From Antedon mediterranea (Eukaryota > Animalia > Echinodermata): 64,000 nt of DNA. Each line of letters begins with the position of its first letter. Position 1 is the stretch's first letter. The notes under the pieces were generated by a model. That model worked only from the letters and a program-made list of their open reading frames with translations, was not told where the DNA came from and ran no database searches. The position numbers and the translations under genes are program-made. Positions 14,267 to 27,700 of this stretch are shown here, in pieces. The DNA lies in contig NC_092670.1 of the NCBI RefSeq assembly GCF_964355755.1, forward strand, positions 22,926,795 to 22,990,794, read 5' to 3'.

Positions 14267-15931
14267 ATTTAGATAAATGTACTATAAAAATATACAAGTT
14301 ATGTTTCGCATATGTGTTATATGGTAACTAGTAGGCTACACGGTTATACACTATTATAACTTATGTATTCTAACACGGGTGCCACTGCATACCAACACTA
14401 CGATAATATTAAATTGTAGCAACTGTTACAAGGTATTTCACGACAACTTACAGAAATAATGGGCGAATGGAAATTCTGGATATTTTTCCTAGATTATGAT
14501 CTTTAAAAAAAGTTGTCTTATATAACACGCCATTGTCACAAGTAATCTAGTAAGCATTAGACAGTAAATAATATATGTGTAATATGTGAGACAAGAAGGT
14601 ATTGTATTTGTAGAAACGAACAACAATTGGATGGCGGAATACGATTTGGCTCTTTGTTAAACAAAACACACAAATAACACCATCTAATTAATGTTCCTGT
14701 CTATACTGTATAGCCTAGGCATCAACCCCTTTTCACTGGTCTTTTTCATGGCAAGACATTGGTTGAAAGAGCTCACTTACTTGCGGTGACCATGAGGTAG
14801 ACATCTGCTTTTAGTCTGGTAGCCTAGAATTATGCTCTGAAGTAGAGAGGAAAGGCCATACAAGAACATAGCAGGTAGATGAGGAAGGTTTAGGTGATAG
14901 CCCTCAGAAAGTTTCTGATATATCACAGATCCATTTGGAGAGAAGAACATAGCATCAGGCGGATCAGGGAAGCAATTGAGTTATTTACATGAGGGAAAGA
15001 TGTGGGAAAGCCGAAAGACCTACACACAGATAGACAGACAGAATACCTGAAATTATACAGAAATAATTGATTAGATTTAATCAAAAGGGTTATATTAGAG
15101 CTGGGATGTGTCCAAACAGTTACAAAACTAACTTGCCACAGAAACACTATACTATTTTTGAAGATTTCCTCTATTCACCAAAAACGAGGCTCGTTTTTAG
15201 ACTTTACATTACAATGTTTGTTTAACCACGGAGAAACACATTCTCTATGGTTTAACGAACATTTGTACAGACATATTGAAAGAGTCAAAATTAGAGTCTA
15301 TTAGGCATTGTAATGTTCATTTTTAACTCTGACATTTTTACGGACGCATTCAAAGAGTCAAAATGAATAGACTCTTGTAAACAAGACAACCATTATGTCT
15401 GTACAAGTGAATAACAGACACTGTTTGTACAGTGGCAGAAAGCTGTAACAATGGTTTAGTATTATATCGAAAAATGAATAAGGAAATTCTCGTAAGCAAA
15501 TTTCGTCTATATTTATAGAATTAAACCAGAGAATATTGTTTAAAAAGTATGATTTCTATGCGTTACTCCTGATCTCTATAGACTAAAGGCCCATTTAAAC
15601 TAGGACGATAACGATCGACGATAAATAGATAAGCATGCACTAAACGCCTAATAAGTTTATAACACAAGTTCAATATAGAATCTATATAATAATATTTTCA
15701 ACCTAATTATTAAAATCTCCGCCGTAGCTAATTAGTAATAACTTACTGGCCAAATCCACTATAAGACAAGCAGAAGCTTTATAGGGCCTTTGTCATATAC
15801 AGTTGACAACATTAAATATACAGCAATTACATTATTTCGAAAATCATTTCGAAAATAATATGTAAATAAAAAAAACACCGGATTCGTACCCAATATACAA
15901 TACATCACCACGTGGCATACAATCAACTTAC

Positions 15932-16001
15932 CGTCATATCCATGGACGTGCAAAAACAACGTAAGACATCCTAAGACCGAGCAAATCACAAAATCCCGCA
16001 T
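15932..16001 (-). CDS. Candidate first exon (signal peptide) of an unresolved secreted-protein gene
   Basis: MRDFVICSVLGCLTLFLHVHGYD followed by a phase-1 G|GTAAGT donor; downstream exons were not resolved. Confidence 0.4.
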
Positions 16002-16291
16002 ATTATTTCATTACAGTTCATGCATAGACATATTATAAACTATATAATATGCCCAGGTATAAAAATAGTATCAGCACCGGTATAATGACGTAATAATGAC
16101 GTCAGCCGCTGTAGTTGTGGTCTCGCTATAACGTCTTATTGGACCTGTTTGCACATCACTTTACAAACAGCTCAAAGCCTCCACCACATGGTTTTGACAA
16201 TTTTACTTTCTATACCAATTCTTTGCATTTTGTTTGGAATGGGTTAACAAAACCGAAGCCTGGTCAGTCAGGTGAAACGTTAGCAAACTTA

Positions 16292-16522
16292 AGCCTGTTT
16301 TCCTGTCGACGTTATTCGACGCTATCGTCTTAATGTTAACAGTTCAACCAGGGAGTTGTTCAACTCCCTGGTTCAACGACGATCGTTTGTAAACGATCAA
16401 GTTGAAATGATATCGATAGCGAGTACCTTTTCCTGTAAATCGTTAACATTTCAATGTTTACGTAGAAGATCGCCGATTATTGTTAACGATAGCGTCGATT
16501 AACGTCGACAGGAAAACAGGCT
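16292..16522. mobile_element. MITE with about 35-bp TIRs and TTA duplication (PIF/Harbinger-like)
   Basis: TTA|AGCCTGTTTTCCTGTCGACGTTATTCGACGCTATCGT ... ACGATAGCGTCGATTAACGTCGACAGGAAAACAGGCT|TTA. Confidence 0.8.
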
Positions 16523-16584
16523 TTAGACGCAGTGAAAATACATATACTTTGGAGGTGTCCCATGAATATTGGGGGGGGGGGGGG

Positions 16585-17182
16585 CCTAAGGAGGGGTTCC
16601 AAAGGCGTTGCTTCAATAGAGGAGTCCCAAAGGAGGGGTTCCAAAGAAGGGGTTCCAAAGGAGGGGTTCCAAAGGAGGGGTTCCAAAGGAGGAGTCCCAA
16701 AGGAGGAGTTCCAATGGAGGGGTTCCAAAGGAGGAGTCCCAAAGGAGGGGTTCCAAAGGAGTGGTCCCAAAGGAAGGTCCCAAGGGAGGCTTTCGAATGC
16801 GTTTCCCCAAAGGAGGGGTTCGAAAGGCGTTACCCAAAGGAGGGGTCCCAAGGATGGGTTCTAAAAAGGCGTTGCTCCAAAGGAGGAGTTCCAAAGGAGG
16901 GGTTTCAAAGGAGGGGTTTCAAAGGAGGAGTCCCAAAGGAGGGGTTCCAACGGAGGGGTTCCAAAGGAGGGGTTTCAAAGGAGTGGTTCCAAAGGAGGGG
17001 TTCCAAAGGAAGGTCCGAAGGAAGGGTTCCGAAGGCGTTGCCCCAAAGGAGGGGTTTGAAAGGCGTTTCCCCAAAAGAGGGGTCCTAAGGATGGGTCCCA
17101 AAAGGGGGAGGGGGGTTCCCACAAAGGAGGCGTCCTAAAGAAGGAGTCCTAAAGGGGGAGGGGGCCCCAAAGGAGGGGTCCA
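16585..17182 (+). repeat. G-rich minisatellite, core GGAGGGGTTCCAAA (14-17 bp variants)
   Basis: Directly visible tandem units; these account for the overlapping spurious ORFs at 16458-17138. Confidence 0.95.
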
Positions 17183-18024
17183 ACTGGATATTTTCGTCAT
17201 GTTGTATTCAGTGAGTGTATAACTCCCTGGTTTAATAGAAACAAACAATTAAATCACAATTATAACATGTACAGATGGGGCAACATCTCACACCCCACAA
17301 ACAGTAGGCCTACAATAAAAACATATTTCTAAATAATACTAATTCTTTTGTCTATTTTTACATTGGAAATCATTCATGACTGTATCTCACAATGTACCAG
17401 CACTTAATATAACTGAATTAAACCCAATGTTTTAATTTTTAATGCATGAAATTTATTAACATTAATATTATTTCTGTTCTATTATTTTATACATTATGAG
17501 TAAAAGATTGAAAACTTGTCCTCAAGTCCTGTCAATGACAATATCAGATAGATATACAGCTTAACAAAAATATTTAATTCATACTATAAATAAATATGTA
17601 AAAATATGAAGCCTGCACATAAAACAATATCATAACACTGTAATAATGAAATAAATAATAAAATTAACACAAATAAATAAAAAAAATAATTAATAAACAC
17701 TGTATCTATTTCCTATTTATTTGATTTTGAACACAAGCGAGCTGATCAATGACATAAATATGAATAAACCATTACTTGCAATTGGCCAAATTACTTGCGA
17801 TGCACTTCACATCATTGTGTAAGGATGTTGTCAATTGTATGTATATATCTTACACCAAAATTCAATAAAGGTTAGGTATTTTAACATTTTAGTAAAGATG
17901 GAATGCATGAAAATAATGTGCACAACTACAAAAATACATATTTCTGTGACATCAAAACATTTAATATCTTTTCATTTATTGAAGTGATTATAATTATATA
18001 CAAAAACAGTTAATGATCACTTAA

Positions 18025-18650
18025 AGACCCCTTCCCTGCAATTTTGGACGTTTTTTGGAAAATAATACATATATATCACTTTAAAAACATTAAACCATGT
18101 CATTCCTTGTCTTAAATGTACGTTTTATGGTAAATTATGATAAAAAGTGAGAAACAATGCACTACCTAAGTAGCTCGCGGCGATCGACCTCTCGTGGACG
18201 GTCTTAGGCCTAGCCTAGCTAGGCTTAGTTTTGTAGGCCTAGCTGGTAAACATCGGTAACGTACGAACATTGTACGCGAGCTATATACCTAGCCTGACGT
18301 TGTATAGTTGCTGCATTAATTGTCTTTCTATTTTTGCCAGACTCCGTTGATACAAATTGGGGAAAACCCGGTATTTTCGCTGAAAAGTTAGGAGTCTTCC
18401 ATTTGTTTTGGCCTCACGATCGATCGAAAAGTGGGCGAATTACAGGTGAAAAACAAAAATATCAATCCGCGCGCAATGCATTTTGGGATTTATAGCGGGC
18501 CGCTATAATTATTAGAATCGACTTATTTTTCACATTTTTAACCGTTTAAAGACGAAAAAAGTTATCGCAATAGGACCATATAGTATTATTTTTACATTAA
18601 ATATAGTTTGTGATCTTAAATTAGATCTAAAAATCGTAGGGAATGGGGCT
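18025..18650. mobile_element. 626-bp non-autonomous DNA transposon with TTAA target duplication (Kolobok-like)
   Basis: TTAA|AGACCCCTTCCCTGCAATTTT ... AAAATCGTAGGGAATGGGGCT|TTAA. Confidence 0.75.
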
Positions 18651-18719
18651 TTAAACGTCAGTCTGAGAGTGTTTTTAATTAAACAAAACATGTATTATTT
18701 TAAATTAAAATAACTTTAG

Positions 18720-21700
18720 TTAATTTGAAGAAATGACAATAACGTATAAACCAGTGCAAATTAATATGAAAGCTATTGATATTAGTAGTAGTACATATGA
18801 AGCAAGTGAGTTATTTGATAAATGATGGGGCGCCCTCATTAGTGTGTTTCCTTCCGTGAGTGCAGATCTCTTGGCAATGTTAAGGCCTGTTAGTAAGAAA
18901 TATACTAGTTGTTAGTGTTAAAACAATTATATTAGTAAGCGACAGATTAATAATTAAACAAAAACAAACTGCATTACTAAAATGAGTATTCAAAAATTAT
19001 TTTGTTTATTAGTATATCGAGAAATATATTAGTTATATTAGTATTAAGAACAGGAATATTAATTATTATCGTGTATAATAAAAGAAATATAGCATCTAAT
19101 ATTCTTTTACTTTACAAAAATAATGATTTCACATATAAAAAGATAAAATAAACAGATAACTTTAATCAAAACGCTGTTATCTGACCAACAATGGGCATCC
19201 GGTTAGTATATGTTAGTTATATGCCCAATTAGTACTGATATGACATCATCATGTCCATATATGGGCACATCAAATTTTTTTGTCCCACAAAGTTTAATAG
19301 TGTAAACAGAGCTTTAGAAAGCTTACCTTTTAAATTCTGACAGATGATGCCATCATATTCAGGTGTACAAACACATCTATATCCATTTATAACATCTTCA
19401 CAAACACCTTGATTGAGACAGGGGTTGCTGGCACATTCATCATCTGATACTGAAACAGAAAATGTTTGCAAAATGGTTGTAATCATAAGAAATAAAGAGG
19501 TTAGAAACATTTGTTGACGTTAGAGGAATCGGAAATACCATCCAGATGATAATAATAATAATATCCTGGACTTATAAAGCGCCTAATGTTGTGTTACTTC
19601 TAAGTGCTGTATATCATTATCTGAGTCATTTTTAGATCAATTAGTTATCAGTGCAAAGTTGTGTCTTGACCTTACCAAGTACCAATTTGTACAACTGGGT
19701 TGAGAAAGGCAAATGTAAGTAAAGTATCTTGCGTAAGAATACAAGAAAATGATGCGACAAGCTTTGGATTTGAACTCATAATCTCACGATCAGTAGTCCG
19801 ACGTCCAACACACTGCGTCACACACTCTGTAGATCTCTAGCCTGGTGTTCATACATTTAGACAAGTGAGGTATGTACTTACTTGAAGAAGATGAGATGGC
19901 ATTTGATTGGGTCTCACAGTTGTCACCTGAATATCCAGAAAGACATGTACAAGTGTAGCCATTGATATTATTTCTACATGTACCGCCATTTTGACAAGGA
20001 ATGTTGTTACAGTGATTAAAATCTGTAAAAAGTAATCAAATAAATGATAATTATATAACAAAAATATAAAGTATGCAACTATTTTAATTATGAATCAACA
20101 ATACAGTGTTTAATGGTGAAGAAGAATTTGTGTTTTTGTATCTCTAGAAAATTCTGGTTTTGGGAGAGTGACTGAGGCATGTATACTTGGTATTTGGTAC
20201 AACGTTTAGTACATGTAATATGCCCTAGAGAAGAGTAACCATAAGGCTGCAGATTATTCAAACTAACTACTTACTAGCAATGATTTCGCAGTTGGTGCCT
20301 GCATATCCTGGTAGACAGGTGCATCGGTATCCACCAGTGTTCACATCAGTACATGTTCCTCCATTTTGACAGGTAGTAGAGGTGCATGCTGTCAAAGAAA
20401 ACATTTACTTTGGTTAGGGTAATATTGATAAATACCACCAAGACTGTAATATGGAAACTAAAATGCAACCAACTGCATGTATTCTATTTCGAGCTTTATT
20501 ACATTTTAAGAGGGCCCATCCAAAGACCATAATCAGCACACTGGGAGATCCCCATACTCTCTTCGAAATAGTGTCCAAGTACTCGTGCAATGTATGTACA
20601 TGAAACCAACAGAATTATGTTCCACTGAAGTCCTATGATAAAGGACTGATTGTAAAGCAGCTGGCCTTAGAACACAAGCTATATGGCATGGGTTAGCTCG
20701 AACCCACGATACTCACATACTAGTCCGATATTTCTTATTCCATTATGCCACAATGCTCTCTCAATAAGCTTTTCCTGCGTAACAATACAATAAATGAACA
20801 AACAATTTAAAGATTTAAATTCCATATTTTTAAATCCCAATTTACCTTGATTAATCACTTCACAGTTGGCGCCAGAATATCCAGAAAGACATGAACATTG
20901 GTATCCAGATGATGACGCCGAGCATTGTCCCCCATTCTGACATGGAGAGCTTGAACACACACCAGCAATAGCATCACAGAGTGTGCCAGAGAATCCCGTA
21001 GCACACTGGCAAGTAAAGCCAGAGGTAGTAGAGATACATGTAGCGCCATTGTAGCATGGGAAGCTATTGCAGTCAATGATGCTTACAGTGTCGCAATAAC
21101 TGCCAGAGTAACCAACAGGACAGACACATACCATCACTCCAGAAGATGTCGCACATGTTCCTCCGTTAGAGCAAGGTACTTGAATGCAGTCGAAGCCGAT
21201 AGGCTGATCACAGTTCCACCCTTGATAACCAGACAGACAAGTGCATGTGTAGAATGTGCCACTAATATGACATGTACCACCATTGAGGCAAGGATTGGTA
21301 GAACAATGATCTAATACCTGGCATAAGGAACCACTAAAACCATTTAAACATACACATTCGTAAGAGTTGGTTTGATCAAAGCATGTCCCACCATTCAGGC
21401 AGGGCTGGGAAACACATTCATTGATGTTCATCTCACAATATGTACCAGTAAATCCTGGTACACATAAACAAACTGGGACATTGTTTTGGATGGAACATGT
21501 TCCACCATTCTTACAAAGTGAATCAGAACAGAGAAGCTCCAGCTCGCAGTTGGTTCCCTCGTATCCAGCTGCACATTGGCAGATATAGCCACCTGATGAA
21601 ACCTGACAAACTCCATTATTTAAACAAGGATTATGTGAACAACTGTCCATGACCTCGTCACAAGTGTAACCACTGAATCCCACCTGACATAGACATCTGA

Positions 21701-24700
21701 AAGCGTTTTCACGGTCTTCACATATGCCACCATTGACACAAGGCTGGGAGTCACATTCATTAATTTCAACATCGCAATTAGGTCCTTCCCATCCAGATCG
21801 ACAAGAACACAGGAATATATTACCACTGACTGTACAAGTTCCCCCATTATTGCAAAAGCTGTTACTACAGCCTGAACAGGTAATCCCGTTCCAATCAGAT
21901 ATGCATGCACAGTAGAAATCACCAGAATTTAACACATAGCACATGCCTCCATTTTGACATGGATTACTGGAGCATGCTGTCACTGCCACGATCTGAGTGC
22001 AGAGAGTTCCTTCGTAGTTTGAAGGGCAAGTGCAGATGAAGCTACTGCTGCCACTGTTTGTACATGTACCTCCATTCTGACATGGAGAGCTATCACAAGG
22101 CTGGGCTTTGGATTGGCAGTAGGTTCCGACGTAGCCAGATTGACAGATGCAGATGAAGCCAGTTGCAGTATCTTGGCAGGTTCCCTTATTTTGACATGGT
22201 GAACTACTGCAAGACACTGAAAAAGCAGTTAACATTATTATTAATATTAGTTAAACTAGACATTGCAAAGTGCAAGTGGGTGCTATGAGCAGATTTATAG
22301 CATAACAAAATTTTGATTCAGAGCCCTCAATAAGTCATCAAATGTCTTATTATTAGAACATTTCTAATCATTGGTGGATAACAAAACACCTCCCATGAAC
22401 TATGCAGTGTACAATTGTTGCCCCAAATGAGAGGCCCTCCTTTATTTGTTATTCTGTAATTGCTGTAAGATAAAGGTCTCGTATTCATTTCTGTGCGTAG
22501 GGTAATGAGCAGTTAGCTGCTCATTTTACTAAGCCTTGGAATTATGTGGTAGGATGGCCAGTTCCTTTCCACGTCGCTTTATCCTCACTAGTATTTTCAA
22601 CCAGGTACTCATTTACATCTGAGTAAACTGGGAGTTATGGGAATCTCTATATGACAGTCAAGTGTCCTAAGCATTCGGCTACCCAACTCCAGTAATTGGT
22701 GTAAATGTGGACATATACCTGTAGTACTGAAAACTGTTTTCCCTATTACTGAATCATCTTTATCAGCCTTGGCATTGTCATAGATAATAGTCAGTGATTT
22801 CAAATCAGCCTTGTAATCTTCATTTGGAGCAAGGTTATAAAATCTAAACACAAATTGATTGAGCTGTGCCTTTGGTACATAGTAAGTCTGTACTATGTTA
22901 TCATTTTGATCGGTCACGGTGATGATGTAACCACGATCCTCGTAATCCACATGTGGCCAGACCAGAGTAACTGAATCAGCAGTCACGTTATAGACAGTTA
23001 AGGAAACTATGTATACAAACAAAAAGAAAATAATATGTTGCAAAGTTTGCATAGTGAGGACACATATTAAGTACAATGTTGTTGTGAGATAATTTCTGCC
23101 AACTAACGGAGAGATAATTTCTGCCAACAAGGAAGAGATAATTTCTGCCAACTAACGACCTAATTTTATGTTTTTCCATTATACAAATATTGACTGGGTT
23201 GAAGGGCATTGTTTAAAATATATCCCATGTGTCACATATATAGATCCGATTGATATTGTGGATAAAACAGAGATGTGAGCAAGAGGGGTTTTTGGGCATG
23301 CCAATAACTACAATAGACCCGCGATTAACCAAACAGGTGCTGGTATAAAATCTAAAATCGCTTGCTTATTAAGTCTCAAAATATCTAGCCCTCAATTGAC
23401 ATGTTTGATTGGTAATTATTGTTGAGTATTGTTTTTCCATTGAATATTTAGTTTAATGCTTGAATAAAAAAGAGCACAAGTGATACCTTCTTCACAATTG
23501 TATCCTTTGTAACCCTCTAAACATGAGCAGGAATATCCACTATCACTATGAATACAAACTCCATTATTTGCACATGGGTCGCTGTCACAATCTGAAGTAT
23601 GTACTGTAAAAAACCAAATGCATAATTAGTAACAGATTCACTTTGGCTCAAAATGTATATACTTGAGTAGCAGTACTTTGTGTAATTTATTGCAATGTCT
23701 GTGGTATGTCACTCTCAAAAAGCAAAAAATATTGTGTACACCTAAAAGTAGCATTAATCTAAATAGGTACCAGATGTCTCTATGTAGATGATTACCTAAA
23801 CAAGTACCAGTGATGTGAAAGTAGGTTGTACTACAAAAATGATACAGTGTGTCTGGCATTAAGAATATTTTATACAATTGTTACCCGTTTCACAAAAAAC
23901 TCCTTGCCAACCAGTAGGGCATGAACAAGTAAAGGAATTGACTCCATCTAGACACGTTCCACCATTAATACAGGGTAAGCTGGAGCACTCGTTAATATCT
24001 AGGATCAAATCAGAGCAGTGTTGTTAACATTTTTCTCCTGGTCAGCTAAATTATTTTGACAAAAAGTGCCCTATGGTAGTAATAAAATGTCATCATGTCC
24101 ATTTTAGGGGAACATCACATTGTTTTTGTCATATGAAGTTTGATAGTGTAGACAGAGCTTTAGCTTTAGTAATAACAATTCAAGTGGCAGGTGATGACGT
24201 CTAGCAGAGTTTTGTCATGGTCAAAGATATCATGACCGTTTCTGTCACAAACAGTGTCTTTATGGTGAAATCTTCATTTTTATCAAAATTACCAAAAGTA
24301 ACTACAGTACTAACTACTAGTTAGTACATAACATCCACTACTACATCAGTGACTACTTAAATACATCAGTGACTACTTAAATACATCAGTGACCTCCTAA
24401 ATACAGCAGAGACCTCCTTAATACATCAGTGACCTCCTAAATACAGTAGGGATCTCCTGAATAAAGTAGGGACCTCCATAATACAGAAGGGACCACCTCC
24501 TAAATAGCGTAGGGACTTTCATAATACAGCAGGAATTTTCTTAATATAGCAGGAACCTTCTATATACAGTAGGAACCTCCTTAATTATACAGTAGGAACC
24601 TCCTAAATACAGTAGAGACCTCCTTTATACAGTAGGGACCTCCATTATACAGCAGGGTCCTCCTTAATTATACAGCAGGGTCCTCCTTAATTATACAGCA

Positions 24701-27700
24701 GGAACCTCCCTAATACAGTAGGGACCTCCTAAATACAGTAGGGACCTCCTAAATACAGTAGGAACCTCCATAATACAGCAGGGACCTCCTTAATACAGTG
24801 GAGACCTCCTTAATACAGTGGTGGCCTCCTAAATACAGCAGGGACCTCCAAAATACAGTAGGGACCTCCCTAATATAATAGGGACCTCCTAAATACAGCA
24901 GGAACCTCCATAATACAGCAGGGACCTCCTTAATACACCAGGAATCTCCATAATACAGCAAGGACCTCGTAAATACAGTAGGAACCTCCATAATACAGCA
25001 GGGACCTCCTTAATACAGCAGGGATCTCCTTAATACAGCAGGAACCTCCATAATACAGCAGGGATCTCCATAATACAGCAGGGACCTTCTTAATACAGCA
25101 GGAACCTCCATAATACAGCAGGGACCTTCTTAATACAGTAGGGACCTCCTTAATACAGCAGGAACCTCCATAATACAGCAGGGACCTCCTTAATACAGCA
25201 GGGACCTCCTTAATACAGCAGGAACCTCCATAATACAGCAGGGACCTTCTTAATACAGTAGGGACCTCCTTAATACACCAGAAACCTCCATAATACAGCA
25301 GGGACCTTCTTAATACAGTAGGGACCTCCTTAATACAGCAGGAACCTCCATAATACAGCAGGGACCTTCTTAATACAGAAGGAACCTCCTTAATACAGCA
25401 AGGACCTCCTTAATACAGCAGGAACCTCCTTAATACAGCAAGAACCTCCTAATACAGCAGGGACCTCCTTAATACAGCAGGAACCTTCTTAATACAGCAG
25501 GAACCTTCCTAATACAGCAAGGACCTCCTAAATACAGTAGGGACCTCCTAAATACAGTAGGAACCTCCTAAATACAGTAGGGACCTCCTAAATACAGTAG
25601 GGACCTCCATAACACAGCAGGGACCTCCTTAATACAGCAGGGACCTTCTTAATACAGCAGGAACCTTCCTAATACAGCAAGGACCTCCTAAATACAGTAG
25701 GGACCTCCATAACACAGCAGGGACCTCCTTAATACAGCAGGGACCTCCATAACACAGCAGGGACCTCCTTAATACAGCAGGGACCTTCTTAATACAGCAG
25801 GAACGTCTTAATACAGCAGGGGCCTTCTTAATACAGCAGGGACCTCCTAAATACAGCAGGGACCTCCTAAATACAGCAGGGACCTCCTAAATACAGCAGG
25901 GACCTTCTTAATACAGCAGGACCGTCTTAATACAGCAGGGGCCTTCTTATTACAGCAGGAATCTCCTTATTACAGCAGGGACTAAATGCTTACTAGTTTG
26001 GCAATTTGTTCCTGACCATCCATTCTCACAGGTACAGGAATATCCATTCACATAGTCGGTACATCTGGCAGAATTCTGACAAGGACTACTATCACATTCA
26101 TTTTTGTCTGAAAAAAAAAACAACAAATTATCTCATTCAAAGCAGAAACAAATGATGTGTCCAATATACTAGATTTTATAGCATTAAGATAACAAATACT
26201 TTAAAACTGTTTTAACAGTTTTAAAGCTTAAAAGCTGTGTCTACTTTATGTGACAACAAAAATGTGATGTGATATCACTACCACATTTGGGCACATCACA
26301 CTAGGGCACAAACTAGTTTGATAGTTTATACCCCTTTCACACCAAAAGCAAAACTCCGGAGACACTCTAGAGTTGACGCCCCGCTGTTTGGTGTGAACAG
26401 CGGAGACACTCCGGAGTTTTGGTGTGAAAGGGGTATTAGACAGGGCTTAACTTTTGCTTCCTGTTCAGCACTGTGTTGTCTATAAAAATGTATGGCTTTT
26501 AAATTGATCATCTGAGCGTAATCTACATCCTGGTGATGAACACCATCAGCCTATTTTTCACTATTGCTGCTCCATGTACCACCCTTTGCAGCTATATATC
26601 GCAGCCTATTAATCTTGAATAGCTTTAAATGTGACAATTAACATTTTTAGAAATCAGATCACTGCATTTCAAAAACAAGACCTATGTAAACTGGATATTT
26701 TTAGGACTGCCCAAAACTGCCCAGTATTGAGAGAGTTGACTGTACTTATGTAATCGTTTTATACCCCTTTCTTTTTTGACCACCTGCAATTCATTTATGT
26801 ATTCTTACCAATATCACAGGTAACTCCATCATATCCATTTGGACAAAAGCATGTGAACATAATATTGTTGCCAAAGCATTCTCCTTCATTTAGACATGGC
26901 TGAGAGTCGCAAACATTAATTTCTGTGAAAACAAAAATATTAAATATGTTTTTTCAAAATAAGATTGAAGTGGTTATAATGTGATGATAATGATTATAAA
27001 GATCTGTCTACACTATCAAACTTTATGTGACAAAAAAATGTAATGTGCCCATATATGGACACGATGATGTCATATCACTACCATATTTGGGCACATTACT
27101 ACCATATTTAAGCACATCACACTTATTGATAGTGTAGACAGAGCTTTAAGTAGCTGATGATGACATAATAACAATTGTTTTAGTTAATTATAAGAAATTT
27201 GATTTATTTCTATTTACCTACTGTTATATTTTCATACATGTCTTGTCAAATATTGTATTGTTATGTGGTTCCCAATGATTAGCTTCAGCTGGATGGACCA
27301 CCCTCATTCTAAATAATTGTTAAAATAAACATACCAACAGTGCTCTGCGAAAATTCTGAAATTTGATATTTTCCTTCTTCTAATGTGTAAACATACAAAA
27401 TGAAGTCGTAAAAGACTCCTGCATCCAAGTTCCTCACAATATACTGGTTGGAACCAGTGGAAGATGTCACTGCTATTGGAACCTCTGACCTGCCCTCTTC
27501 TGTGATGGTTTCTAAGGTGTAGTACAAGACTTCTAAACTTGAAAGGAATGACCAGAGAAATTCGATGCTGGAGTCTGTGATTTCTCCAAGTATTACTGGT
27601 ACCGAGGAAGCTGAAAATAAAAATATTCAGGTATAAATAAAATATAGGCCTAGTAAAAACATAATGTTGCATGATCAATAAAACAATTATAATGCTTTAA

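Noticed and set aside
16458-17138. Seven overlapping ORFs of up to 202 aa
   Set aside because: They are translations of the G-rich minisatellite in multiple frames.
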